A stretch of 64,000 nucleotides of DNA from an uncultured Chloroflexia bacterium. GTDB taxonomy: Bacteria > Chloroflexota > Limnocylindria > Limnocylindrales > CSP1-4. The notes beneath the pieces are model-generated. The model had not been told where the DNA came from and searched no databases. It saw only the letters and a program-made list of their open reading frames with translations. A program made the position numbers and the translations under genes. The stretch spans positions 1,451,711 through 1,515,710 of the forward strand of contig CAWBQS010000003.1 in the NCBI GenBank assembly GCA_963790915.1, written 5' to 3'. Shown in pieces: positions 22,484-32,292 of this stretch. How positions within the stretch are numbered: the stretch's first letter is position 1; the number at the start of each line of letters is the position of its first letter.

Positions 22484-23530
22484 GTGACCGAGGCACCCAT
22501 CGAGGCCATCCGCGAGGCGCTGCGGACGGTCTCGACCGGCGAGACGCTGAGCCCCGGGTCGGCCGAGCAATTCATGGCCGCGGTCCTCGACGGCCACGTC
22601 ACGCCCGCGCAGCTGGGAGGCATGCTCATCGGCATGCACGCGCGCGGCGAGTCCGCTGCAGAGCTGGCGGGCTTCGTGCGCGCCATGCGCTCGCGGGCCA
22701 GCACGGTGACGGCACCGCCCGGGGCCATCGACACCTGCGGCACCGGGGGCGACGTGCGTGGCACGTTCAACATCTCGACGGCGGTGGCCATCGTCGTGTC
22801 CGCGGCCGGCGTGCCCGTGGCCAAGGCCGGCAATCGCGCCGTGTCCTCGGAGGCCGGCAGCTCGGACGTCATGGCCTCCCTGGGGCTGCGCGTCGAGCAG
22901 ACCGCGGAGGAAGCCACGGCTTCGCTGCTCGAGAACGGCTTCGCCTATCTGCACGCGCCCACCTTCCACCCTGGCATGCGGCACGCCGGCCCCGTGCGCC
23001 AGGAGCTGGGCGTGCGCACGGCCTTCAACATGATCGGCCCGCTGGCCAACCCCGCACGACCGCGCCGCCAGCTGGTGGGTGTGCCGGACGCGGAGGCAGC
23101 GCCGCGTGTCGCGGCGGCCCTCCAGGAGCTGGGCACGGAGCGAGCCTTCGTGGTCCACGGCGACCGCCTCGACGAGCTGCCCCTGGACGGCAGCGGCTAC
23201 ATCTACGACGTCTCCCCGGCCGGCATCGCCTGGCGGCAGGTGGGCCACGATGACCACGGCCTGCCGGAGGCCCCCACCGATGCCCTGCGGGGCGGGGACC
23301 CGGCCACCAACGCGCGCCTGATCCTGGCCATCCTCGAGGGCCGTGAGCACGGCGCCACGCACGACGTGGTGGCGCTCAATGCGGGCGCCTCCTTCGTGGT
23401 GGCCGGCCGGGCCGGCGACCTGCGCGAGGGTGTGGCCCTGGCCGCCCGCACCATCGCCTCCGGGGAGGCACTGGGCCAGCTGGAACGCCTGCGACGCAGC
23501 GCTGCCGAGCTCGACGGACGCGCCTCCTGA
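22484..23530 (+). CDS. trpD: Anthranilate phosphoribosyltransferase
   Basis: DTCGTGGD, FNIST, KAGNRAVSSEAGSSD, RTAFNMIGPLANP. SD aggagg upstream. Confidence 0.95.
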   Translation: MTEAPIEAIREALRTVSTGETLSPGSAEQFMAAVLDGHVTPAQLGGMLIGMHARGESAAELAGFVRAMRSRASTVTAPPGAIDTCGTGGDVRGTFNISTAVAIVVSAAGVPVAKAGNRAVSSEAGSSDVMASLGLRVEQTAEEATASLLENGFAYLHAPTFHPGMRHAGPVRQELGVRTAFNMIGPLANPARPRRQLVGVPDAEAAPRVAAALQELGTERAFVVHGDRLDELPLDGSGYIYDVSPAGIAWRQVGHDDHGLPEAPTDALRGGDPATNARLILAILEGREHGATHDVVALNAGASFVVAGRAGDLREGVALAARTIASGEALGQLERLRRSAAELDGRAS

Positions 23531-25239
23531 TGGCCAGCGGCGCCACGCGATCCACGCGATCCACGCTGCGCACGACGGCCTCCGTGCTGGACGAGATCGT
23601 CGCCCGGCGCGCCCGGGACATCGAGGTGGAGCTGGCCGGTCGGGACCTGCGTTCCCTGCGCGGCGAGGCGGCCGCGGGCCCGGCTCGCCGCGACGTCGTG
23701 GGCCGGCTGGCGCGTCCCGGCCTGCACCTGATCGCGGAGATCAAGCGCCGCTCGCCGTCCGCGGGGGAGCTGACTGGGGCCAGGCTGGACGTGGCGGCGC
23801 AGGCGCGTGCCTACCAGGGTGGCGGCGCGGCGATGATCTCCGTGCTCGTGGAGCCGCGCTGGTTCGGCGGCTCGCTCGACGATCTGCGCACCGCCCGTGC
23901 CGCCACCTCCCTGCCCGTGCTGGCCAAGGAGTTCGTCGTCGACGCCCGCCAGCTGCCCCTGCTGCGTGCGGCCGGGGCAGACGCCGTGCTGCTGCTCGCG
24001 GCCCTGCACGCACCCCGCCAGCTGGCCCGGCTGGTGGACCTCGCCCTCGACGTGGGCCTGGAGCCGCTCGTGGAGGCACATGACGCGCGCGAGCTGCGCG
24101 CTGCGCTCGGCACGAGCGCCCGGCTCGTGGGCATCAACAACCGTGACCTGCGCACCCTGCGCGTGGACACCGGGCTCGCGGAGCGCCTGCGGCCGCTCGT
24201 CCCGGACGACCGACTCGTGGTCGCGGAATCCGGCCTGCGGGAGCCGTCCCTGGCGCGCCGCTGGCGGGCCGCCGGCTTCGACGCGGCGCTCGTCGGCGAG
24301 GACCTCATGCGCAGCGGCGCCGATCCCGCGGCGGTGGAGGCGCGCGTGGCCGCCTACGTCTCCGCTGGCGCGGTGGCCGCGCCCGGCGTGGACCCGGCCG
24401 CGGACGGCCGAGCGCCCTTCGTCAAGATCTGCGGCATCACCGAGGTCGCCGGCCTGGCCGCGGCGATGAACGCGGGCGCGGACGCCATCGGCCTCAACTT
24501 CGTGCCGGGCACGCCGCGCGCGCTGACCGAGGACGAGGCCGCGGGTCTCGTCGCCACGGCGCGCGCGGCGGAGGCTGCCGGCAACGGCCCCCTCCTGGTC
24601 GGCGTCGTCGCCGATCGCCCGGCGCGCGAGGTGGCGGCGCTGGCGGCGCGCCTGGGTCTGGACGCCGTGCAGCTCCACGGCCACGAGAAGCCCGCCGACC
24701 TCGATCGCATCCCGTTGCCGGTGCTCAAGGTCCTGCACCTGCCGGCCGCGGTGGCGGAGACCGACGCGGCGGGGGATGTCGCAGGGGGAGCCGCAGGGGT
24801 CGCCGCAGGGGACGCCGCCTCGGCTGCCGCCCCGGCTGCTGCCGTCGCTGCCGCCGCCGCGGCTGCCGTCCTCGCCGAGGCCGTGGAGGCCGTCGTCGCC
24901 GAGGCCGAGCGCTTCATGGCCAGGGACAACCTCCAGGCCATCATCCTCGACGCCAGCGTGCCCGGCGCCCTCGGCGGCACCGGCCGACGCGTGGCCACCC
25001 GGTCGCCCGCGCCGTGGCTTCGCGCATCCCGGTCATCCTGGCCGGCGGCCTGGACGCCTCGAACGTGGCCGCGGCGCTGCGCGACATCCCGGCCATCGGG
25101 GTCGATGTCTCCAGCGGCGTGGAGCCACGGCGCGTCCCCCGCGACGCCGCCTCCCCCGCGACTGTGGTCACGGCGACAGGGTCGCAGGGAGGAGTGGGTC
25201 GGCCGTCCAAGGACCCCCTGGCCGTGGCCCTCTTCGTGA
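23530..25239 (+). CDS. trpC: Indole-3-glycerol phosphate synthase fused to phosphoribosylanthranilate isomerase (TrpC-TrpF; continues into TrpB after an indel near 25010)
   Basis: [22 protein letters not shown] and VAESG, followed in frame by VKICGIT, VQLHG and ILDA...GGTG. Confidence 0.9.
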   Translation: MASGATRSTRSTLRTTASVLDEIVARRARDIEVELAGRDLRSLRGEAAAGPARRDVVGRLARPGLHLIAEIKRRSPSAGELTGARLDVAAQARAYQGGGAAMISVLVEPRWFGGSLDDLRTARAATSLPVLAKEFVVDARQLPLLRAAGADAVLLLAALHAPRQLARLVDLALDVGLEPLVEAHDARELRAALGTSARLVGINNRDLRTLRVDTGLAERLRPLVPDDRLVVAESGLREPSLARRWRAAGFDAALVGEDLMRSGADPAAVEARVAAYVSAGAVAAPGVDPAADGRAPFVKICGITEVAGLAAAMNAGADAIGLNFVPGTPRALTEDEAAGLVATARAAEAAGNGPLLVGVVADRPAREVAALAARLGLDAVQLHGHEKPADLDRIPLPVLKVLHLPAAVAETDAAGDVAGGAAGVAAGDAASAAAPAAAVAAAAAAAVLAEAVEAVVAEAERFMARDNLQAIILDASVPGALGGTGRRVATRSPAPWLRASRSSWPAAWTPRTWPRRCATSRPSGSMSPAAWSHGASPATPPPPRLWSRRQGRREEWVGRPRTPWPWPSS

Positions 25240-26558
25240 AGCGCGCCGGAGCCGCCCGGCTGGATCTGCCCACCGTGCCCTTCGGTCCGCGCCCCGTGGA
25301 CCCGGGCCTGCTCGAGGCCGACGAGCGCGGCCACTGGGGGGTGCAGCGCACGTTCGGCGGGCGCTTCGTGCCGGAGACGTTGATGGCTGCCCTCGAGGAG
25401 CTAGAGGCCGCCTACGACGCCCTTCGCCGCGAGCCGGCCTTCTGGGCCGAGTACCGCGACCTGCTGGTGCACTACGTCGGGCGGCCCACGCCCGTCTACC
25501 GCGCCGACCGGCTGGCCGCGGAGCTGGAGCGCCGCAGCGGCCGCCAGCCCGGTCGCCTGCGCCTCTACCTCAAGCGTGAGGACCTCGACCACACGGGCGC
25601 CCACAAGATCAACAACGCCCTGGGCCAGGCGCTGCTCACCAAACGTCTCGGCAAGCCGCGCGTCATCGCCGAGACGGGCGCCGGGCAGCACGGCGTGGCC
25701 ACGGCGACGGCGTGTGCCCTGCTCGGCCTGGACTGCGTCGTCTACATGGGCGCCGAGGATATCCGCCGCCAGGCGCCCAACGTCCTGCGCATGCGCGCCC
25801 TGGGCGCCGAGGTGCGCGAGGTGACCTCCGGCACGGCCACCCTCAAGGACGCCGTCAACGAGACGATGCGCGACTGGGTGACCAACGTCGCCACGACCCA
25901 CTACGTGCTGGGCTCCGCGGTCGGGCCACATCCCTTCCCGACCATCGTGCGCGACCTGCAGCGCATCATCGGCGACGAGGCCGCGGAGCAGGTCCGCGCG
26001 CTCGAGGGGCGCCTGCCCGACGTGGCCATCGCCTGCGTCGGCGGGGGCTCGAACGCCATCGGCCTGCTGACCCGCTTCATCGGCGAGCCGGGCACGCGCC
26101 TGGTCGGCGTGGAGGCCGCGGGGGAGGGGCTGGCGGGTCGCCACGCGGCCGCGCTGGCCGGCGGCTCACCCGGGATCCTGCACGGCTCGCGCTCCTACCT
26201 GCTCCAGGACGAGGATGGCCAGGTGACCGAGGCACACTCGATCTCCGCGGGGCTCGACTATCCGGGCATCGGTCCGCAGCTCTCCGCGCTCTACGAGGCC
26301 GGTCGCCTGGAGATCCTGAGCGCCACCGACGATGAGGCGCTCGAGGGCGTCCGACTGCTCACGCGCACGGAGGGCATCCTGCCGGCGCTCGAGCCGGCTC
26401 ACGCCATCCACGCCCTGTTGGACCTGCTGGCGGGGCGCGGGGTCGAGGCGGCGGGGGAGGACGACGTCATCCTGCTGGGCCTGTCGGGGCGCGGGGACAA
26501 GGACCTGGCGGCCATCGAGGCCCGACTCATGGCCGGCGCCCCGGGCGGTGTCGCGTGA
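25014..26558 (+). CDS. trpB: Tryptophan synthase beta chain, in frame with the TrpF C-terminal segment
   Basis: [40 protein letters not shown] and [10 protein letters not shown]. The N-terminal part ([14 protein letters not shown]) is TrpF. Confidence 0.95.
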   Translation: MASRIPVILAGGLDASNVAAALRDIPAIGVDVSSGVEPRRVPRDAASPATVVTATGSQGGVGRPSKDPLAVALFVKRAGAARLDLPTVPFGPRPVDPGLLEADERGHWGVQRTFGGRFVPETLMAALEELEAAYDALRREPAFWAEYRDLLVHYVGRPTPVYRADRLAAELERRSGRQPGRLRLYLKREDLDHTGAHKINNALGQALLTKRLGKPRVIAETGAGQHGVATATACALLGLDCVVYMGAEDIRRQAPNVLRMRALGAEVREVTSGTATLKDAVNETMRDWVTNVATTHYVLGSAVGPHPFPTIVRDLQRIIGDEAAEQVRALEGRLPDVAIACVGGGSNAIGLLTRFIGEPGTRLVGVEAAGEGLAGRHAAALAGGSPGILHGSRSYLLQDEDGQVTEAHSISAGLDYPGIGPQLSALYEAGRLEILSATDDEALEGVRLLTRTEGILPALEPAHAIHALLDLLAGRGVEAAGEDDVILLGLSGRGDKDLAAIEARLMAGAPGGVA

Positions 26559-27386
26559 CGGCGCCCGCCGCCGGCGCGGTGCCGGGTCCTGCGCGGATCA
26601 GGGAGGCCTTCCAGGCGGCCGCCGCGGCCGGTCGGGCGGCGCTCATCCCGTACACCGTGGCCGGCTACCCGGATGCCGAAACGTCGCTGGCCATCGCGCT
26701 GGCCCAGGTGGATGCCGGGGCCGACCTGCTGGAGATCGGCCTGCCCTACTCGGACCCGCTGGCCGACGGCGCCACGCTGCAGCGCGCCAGCACCGTGGCA
26801 CTCCGCAACGGCGCGCGACTGGACGACTCGATCGAGCTCGTGGGTCGCATCCACGCGGCTCGGCCTGACACGCCGCTGGTGGCCATGGGCTACGTCAACC
26901 AGGTGCTCGGCGGCCGCGATGGCGCCACGGTCCTGCGGCGGCTGGGCGAGGCGGGCGTCTCCGGCTTCATCCTGGCCGACCTCACGCCGGACGAGGGCGC
27001 GGACCTGGAGGCCGAGGCCGCGCGCCACGGCATCGGCATCGTCTACCTCGTGGCGCCCACGACGCCGGTCGCCCGCCGACCCTTCGTGGCGGCGCGCAGC
27101 CAGGGCTTCCTCTACGCGGTCTCGCTGGCCGGCGTGACCGGGGCGCGGCGGCGCCTGCCGCCCGGCGTGCGCAGCTTCCTGCGCGACGTGCGCAGCATCA
27201 GCCCGGTGCCGGTCGCGGTGGGCTTCGGCGTCTCCCGGCCGGCGCATGCCCGCGACCTCGCCGCCGTCGCCGACGGCATCATCGTCGCCTCCGCGCTCGT
27301 CGATGCCCTTGGGCCCGGACGGCCGGGACGTGGAGCGCATGGCCGACCTGGTGCGCTCGCTGCGCGAGGCCACGTCCCGGGCGTAG
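26555..27386 (+). CDS. trpA: Tryptophan synthase alpha chain (frameshift near 27330)
   Basis: [31 protein letters not shown] and DGIIVAS. The corrected frame stops at TAG 27384-27386. Confidence 0.93.
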
Positions 27387-27439
27387 CCGCTGGGGCAGCG
27401 CGCGGAGGCGGGCCGCTCGCCCAGGCAGACCGACCCGGA

Positions 27440-28570
27440 CTACCCCTCGAGCGCGGCCCTCACGGCCGCAACGACCTCGTCGTGGATCGAGGCCGCCGTG
27501 GCCACGATGCCGCTGTTGGCGGTCATGCGCGTGCCCGTCGTGAAGTCGAGCGGCCGGCCCCGAACGTCCGACACGCGTCCACCTGCCTCGCTCACGATGA
27601 GCGAGCCGGCGGCGTGGTCCCACACGTTCTCTACGTAGCCGCCGCGCGGCAGCCGCAGGTAGACCGAGGCGTCGCCGCGCGCCACCACGGCGTACTTGGC
27701 CTGGCTGTCGAGGCGGAGCGGCTCCGACGTGATGCCCAGCGCGGCAGCGATGCGCACCGCGGCCGGCTGATCGGAGTGGGCAGCCTCGAACGACTCTGCG
27801 TAGCGGCCCTCCGCGGCGGAGGTCGGCGAGGCTGGTCCGCACGCTGACCCCGGTACTTGCCAGCCACCGTCCCAGAGGGGCAGCACGAGCGTGCCGCGGC
27901 CGCGCTCGGCCACGAAGAGGCAGCCCACGGCCGCGGGGTCGGTGGCCCCATCGGCAGCGCCCAGCTCATCGCCGTCGCCTCCGTCGTTGCCGCCGGCCCG
28001 CTCGCCGGCCAGCGGCAGGTTCGGGCAGCCCATGGCGGCCAGGACGACCTGGCCGTCCTCGATGAGCGCCAGCGCCACGGCGTACTGCTCGTTGCGCAGG
28101 AAGCCCTTCGTGCCATCGACCGGGTCCAGGGTCCACCAGCGCCGGTTCGGACCACCCGGGTCGGCGCAGCGGTCCAGGATCTCGCGCACTCCGTCGAGCG
28201 TCATGTCCGGGCGCTGCGCGCAGACGCGTTCGACGACCGCGGCCGCCAGCCCAGGGGACTCGACCAGGGGGCGCGAATCCTCCTCGCCCATCAGGCCGTC
28301 GTCCGGAAGTGCCTCCGCGAGGGCCAGGCGGACCAGCGCCTGCGCGCCCAGGTCCGCCACCGTGACTGGCGAGGCATCCGCCTTGGCCGTGGCCTGCGAG
28401 GGGTCGAAGTCGGTACGCACGGCGCGCGTGAGCCGGCTGGCCGCCATGACCGCCGCCACGGCGAAGCGCCGCTCCCGTTCGAGGCGGCTCGCCAGCGTCG
28501 TGCTGGCTCCAGGGTCGGGCGTCTGGCTCCCCGTGGTCGTCTCCGTGGAGCGGCCCCCCGCTGGCCTCAC
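27440..28570 (-). CDS. 3'(2'),5'-bisphosphate nucleotidase, HAL2/SAL1 type (inositol monophosphatase superfamily)
   Basis: SPVTVAD, GEED, LDPVDGTKGF, GCPNL, DSQAKY and WDHAAG. Confidence 0.85.
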   Translation of the reverse strand: MRPAGGRSTETTTGSQTPDPGASTTLASRLERERRFAVAAVMAASRLTRAVRTDFDPSQATAKADASPVTVADLGAQALVRLALAEALPDDGLMGEEDSRPLVESPGLAAAVVERVCAQRPDMTLDGVREILDRCADPGGPNRRWWTLDPVDGTKGFLRNEQYAVALALIEDGQVVLAAMGCPNLPLAGERAGGNDGGDGDELGAADGATDPAAVGCLFVAERGRGTLVLPLWDGGWQVPGSACGPASPTSAAEGRYAESFEAAHSDQPAAVRIAAALGITSEPLRLDSQAKYAVVARGDASVYLRLPRGGYVENVWDHAAGSLIVSEAGGRVSDVRGRPLDFTTGTRMTANSGIVATAASIHDEVVAAVRAALEG

Positions 28571-29454
28571 GCCTCCTCGCCCGCCTCGCCTCCCGTGCCC
28601 TGCAGCGCGGGATCGTCGCGCGACGCGTCGAGCTGTGCCCGCAGGACGTCCCGAGGGGCCTCCAGCCCGGTCCACAGCGTGAAGGCCGCGGCCGACTGGG
28701 CGATGAGCATGACGTCCCCGTTCTGGGCACGCGTGGCGCCGGCGGCCATGGCGTCCGCGAGGAGTCGCGGCTGCAGGGGCACGACATGGAGGTCCATGAC
28801 GAGGATGTTCGGGGGCAGCAGCTCCGCCGCCAGCGGCGATTCGCCCGGATCCTGGCCCACGGCGCTGGCATTCACCAGGATGTCCGTCTTGGAGAGCTCC
28901 GCCTCGATGACCGACTCGTGCCAGGGCTTGGCCTTGAGGTCCATGTGCGACGAGATCCGCGCGAAGTGCTTGACGAGGCGCTCCGCGCGGTGCAGGTGCC
29001 GATTGAAGACGATGACGTTGAGGAAGCCCGCCGCGATGAGCGAGCAGACCACGGCGCGGGCGGCGCCGCCGGCGCCCAGCACCACGGCCGCCTTGGGCAT
29101 CTTCTGGTTGCCGACCAGCTGATCGAGCGCGGGGCGGAAGCCCAGCACCTCCGTGTTGTGACCGACCAGATGGGTGCCCTCGCGCGTGATGGTGTCCACG
29201 GCGCCGGTCTTCTGGGCCTCGTCCGTGAGGTGGTCCAGCATGGGCACGACGCGCTCCTTGTGGGGCACGCCGATGGCGGCGCCCAGGAACTCGTCGCGGT
29301 GCAGCGCATCGATCGCGGCCTGCAGGTCCACGGTGGGCGTGTCCAGCGGCTCGTACGTGGCGTCCACGCTGGCGGCGCCGAAGGCGGCCGTGAGCAGGGC
29401 GCCCGACAGCGACCGCGAGACGGGGTGGCCGAGAAGAACGACGCGTTGGGCCAT
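28567..29454 (-). CDS. Shikimate dehydrogenase (AroE) family protein with atypical active site
   Basis: GHPVSRSLS, VPHK, GAVDT, HNTE, NADP-binding GAGGAA and VNAS. Several canonical residues are changed. Confidence 0.8.
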   Translation of the reverse strand: MAQRVVLLGHPVSRSLSGALLTAAFGAASVDATYEPLDTPTVDLQAAIDALHRDEFLGAAIGVPHKERVVPMLDHLTDEAQKTGAVDTITREGTHLVGHNTEVLGFRPALDQLVGNQKMPKAAVVLGAGGAARAVVCSLIAAGFLNVIVFNRHLHRAERLVKHFARISSHMDLKAKPWHESVIEAELSKTDILVNASAVGQDPGESPLAAELLPPNILVMDLHVVPLQPRLLADAMAAGATRAQNGDVMLIAQSAAAFTLWTGLEAPRDVLRAQLDASRDDPALQGTGGEAGEEA

Positions 29455-29634
29455 GGTGGGCATCTCCAGGGCCGCAGGCACGCTGGCCCACGGTGGTGAA
29501 CGAGTGACGAGTTCTCCCGCATGCCACCGCCGGCAAGGGCCGTGCGCAGCAACGCCCACACTCTCCTACCAGGGTGGGGGCCTCGATGATACCCGGCCCT
29601 GATCGCCTGCGTGCTACCATCGCCCGGCCGCAGC

Positions 29635-29726
<92 letters not shown>

Positions 29727-29732
29727 GCATTG

Positions 29733-29808
29733 GCGCCCGTAGCTCAGTGGATAGAGCGTCAGGTTGCGGACCTGAAGGTCGTGGGTTCGAGTCCCGCCGG
29801 GCGCGCCA
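29733..29808 (+). tRNA. tRNA-Arg(GCG)
   Basis: gcgcccg/cgggcgc acceptor, TAGCTCAGTGGATAGAG D arm, tcagg-ttGCGga-cctga, GGTTCGAGTCC, CCA end. Confidence 0.95.
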
Positions 29809-29955
29809 CCTCCCGAGTCCTCGTGGCGAGCCGCGCCGACGGTGGCGCTCTTCTCCAGTTACCGCACGCCCCTCGACACGCCGATCCTGGCGGCCGCGGT
29901 GCTGGCTCGGGCCTCCCTTCTTCAGGCCCCGGGTCGTTGTGCTACATTGTGCGTC

Positions 29956-30260
29956 ATGAGCGATCGTGGTGCCCCCTTGTCGCGGGTCGGGGTGCGGGAG
30001 CTGCGCCAGAACCTGTCCGTCTACCTCGATCGGGTGAAGGCCGGTGAGACGCTGGAGGTGACCGAGCATGGACACCCGGTCGGCTCGCTCGGCCCCCAAC
30101 CGTGGAGCCCCTGACGCCGATCGAGCGGCCCATCGCGGAGGGTCGGGCGACCCCGGCGACTGGGGACCTGTCTGGGCTCGGCCCGCCCCCGAAGCTCCCT
30201 GAAGGAACCCCGAGCCTGACCGAGATCCTCCTCCGGATGCGCGAAGAGGAGCGTTGGTGA
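29956..30260 (+). CDS. Phd/YefM-type antitoxin (copy 1, frameshifted)
   Basis: VGVRELRQNLSVYLDRVKAGETLEVTEHGHPV, with indels relative to copy 2. Confidence 0.75.
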
Positions 30261-30706
30261 CCGAGCGGTCCGCGATCTACCTGGACGCGTCCGCCATCGT
30301 GAAGCTCATCGTCGACGAGCCGGGCTCCGCGGACCTCGCGGAGTACCTCGCGACCAGACCGCTGCGCGTCACGAGCCGCATCGCCGACGTGGAGGTACGC
30401 CGGGCGGTCGGACGACTCGGCGCAGGTCATCGACCATGACCGTCTTGCCCGAGTGCTCGCGGCACTGACGATGGCGGAGCTGGACGATTCGCTCGCCCTC
30501 GCCGCCGGGCGTCTCTCGCCCCCGGTCCTCCGGACGCTCGATGCCATCCACTGGCGACGGCGCTGGCGCTCATCTCCGACCTGGAGGCCTTCGTGACGTA
30601 CGACCGACGCCTGGCCGAGGCGGCCATCGAGGCCGGGATCGCGGTCGTCTCGCCAGGATCCCGCACCACGAGCGGAGTCGATAGCGAGCCAACGCCGGCC
30701 GTGTAG
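30257..30706 (+). CDS. vapC: VapC PIN-domain toxin (copy 1, frameshifted)
   Basis: IYLDASAIVKL, RTLDAIH and FVTYDRRL, with indels relative to copy 2. Confidence 0.75.
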
Positions 30707-30789
30707 GTCCTCCGCCGTGCCGGCGTCATCAAGGGGTGGCTTCGGAGGATGGCGTGGCACGGACCGACCGAGGGGCTGCTGGACGCTGT

Positions 30790-31380
30790 GATCGAGCGGT
30801 GACCGAGACTCGATCCACGTCGCCAGCAGGTCCGACACGAGGCTCATGGCCTGCTCGCTGGTGCGGCCTGCCTCCCGAAGCGAGCCGATGACCCACCGAG
30901 CGAACACGGTGATCACCACCGCCACCGCATCCTCGTCCGAGGACAGCGGTCCGAGCGCTGCGCGGACAAGGGCATCAAGCTGCAGGTAGTAGCGGGCCTC
31001 GGCATCGGACCAGCACGAGACGCCAGGGCCTTCGTGCCGCGACGCGCGGTACCACGGCTCGCCCCGATCGGAGATGCGGACACTCCCGAACGAGAAGATC
31101 GACCCGATCGGCGTAGCCCGACGACTCCCTCGAAGAGGTCAGGCGTCGGCGTTCGCAGTACCCCAGGATCTCCCCGGTGGCCTCGACCCGAGCGCGGTGG
31201 CGGACCCGAAGTGGTTGGCGACCGTCCCGGGAGCGACATCGGCTCGCCGGCGATGTCGAGCATCGTCGTCGCCGAGACACCCCGCTCCTGGTACAGCTCC
31301 AGGGTCGCGGCGATGATCCGGCGGCGCGTTTCGGCCTGCTGCACAGCTCGTTTCCCGAGCTCGTCCGGCTCAGGACCGGC
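30790..31380 (-). CDS. TetR/AcrR family regulator (heavily frameshifted; ends approximate)
   Basis: KRAVQQAETRRRIIAATLELYQERGVSATTMLDIA N-terminal HTH. Remaining fragments are in other frames. Confidence 0.6.
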
Positions 31381-31384
31381 GGGA

Positions 31385-31410
31385 CCGGTGCACCGAGATA
31401 CCGTGGTATC
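31385..31410. promoter_or_regulatory. Palindromes cggtgcaccg and GATACC-gt-GGTATC between the divergent TetR gene and the antitoxin
   Basis: Inverted repeats at 31385-31394 and 31397-31410. Confidence 0.5.
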
Positions 31411-31443
31411 GTGGGGCCACCGCTCCACGAACGGAGGCCGCCA

Positions 31444-31656
31444 ATGACGATCAAGTCCCGCACCCTGCGCCTGCCTGCCGATCAGGCCGAAGCCCTCGAG
31501 GCGATCGCGGGCGTCGACGAGGTCTCGGTCAACGAGGAGATCCAGCGGGCGATCGCCGCCCACATCGAGGCCCGTCGGTCCGACCCCGACTTCCGACAGC
31601 GCCTGAAGGCCAGCATCGAGCGCAACCGCGAGATCCTCGAACGCCTGGCTCGGTGA
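31444..31656 (+). CDS. Ribbon-helix-helix-type antitoxin
   Basis: 70 aa, TLRLPADQAEALEAIA...SVNEEIQRAI. SD ggagg upstream, GTGA overlap with the toxin. Confidence 0.72.
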   Translation: MTIKSRTLRLPADQAEALEAIAGVDEVSVNEEIQRAIAAHIEARRSDPDFRQRLKASIERNREILERLAR

Positions 31657-32043
31657 CCGCTACCTCGAGCTGGCCGACTACCTGCTCATCGCCGAGGCGG
31701 TCCTCGGGTGCCGGCCGAGCTCATCGCCGACTTCAACCGGATCGGGCTGGCGGATTCCGCGCTGGCCGCTCCGCAGGCGGGCTTCGGCGGTGTCGAGGCC
31801 TACCCGGACTTCGCGACCAAGGCGGCCGTGCTCTGCTGGCACCTGGTCAAGAACCACCCGCTGCCCGATGGCAACAAGCGCTGCGCCTTCCTGGCCACGG
31901 TCGAGTTCGTCGAGCGCAACGGCCGGACCTGGATCCCCGCGCCCGGTGATCCGGATGAGACCGACCACGTGATCCGAGGTATCGCCAGCGGCGAGGTCAG
32001 CGAGGCGGCCTTCCGCGACTGGATCGCCCAGCGCTGCGGGTGA
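31653..32043 (+). CDS. Doc/Fic family toxin (frameshift near 31705)
   Basis: AAVLCWHLVKNHPLPDGNKR matches the Doc HPFxDGNKR motif. Confidence 0.85.
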
Positions 32044-32292
32044 GACCCCGGACACCGCCGGAGGGGCCTGCCTCCCGCCGGGCGCGCAAGGGCACGCACG
32101 CGCGCTGGCAGAAGTGGCGTCGCCGGCCACCGCGGGGCAGGCCACTCGGCCCGTGACGCGGCGCATGGAGTGTCCGAAGATCGACCACGCCGACGGGGAC
32201 GCGCCGTGGCTCCCCACCCACACGAGACGCTCCCTGGCTTGACCGTGCCGGGCGTCCGCGTTCCCGCGCCCCGGCCACCTGGGAGGTACGGG

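Larger units (their letters stand above)
29933..30717 (+). repeat. Copy 1 of a ~785-bp duplicated vapBC cassette
   Basis: Near-identical to 36222-37007, from gtcgttgtgctacattgtgc to gtgtaggtcctccgccg. Confidence 0.92.
29792..32087. mobile_element. Putative tRNA-Arg-anchored islet bounded by a 15-bp direct repeat (att-like); no integrase
   Basis: tcccgccgggcgcgc at 29792-29806 (tRNA 3' end) and at 32073-32087. Confidence 0.5.

Noticed and set aside
22449-22487. trp attenuator leader peptide (MKPSHATGGQPP)
   Set aside because: No Trp codons and no terminator/antiterminator hairpins.
20460-22496. 678-aa regulator-dehydrogenase fusion
   Set aside because: Indel near 21700. The regulator's true end is in ORF 21611, and the dehydrogenase has its own start.
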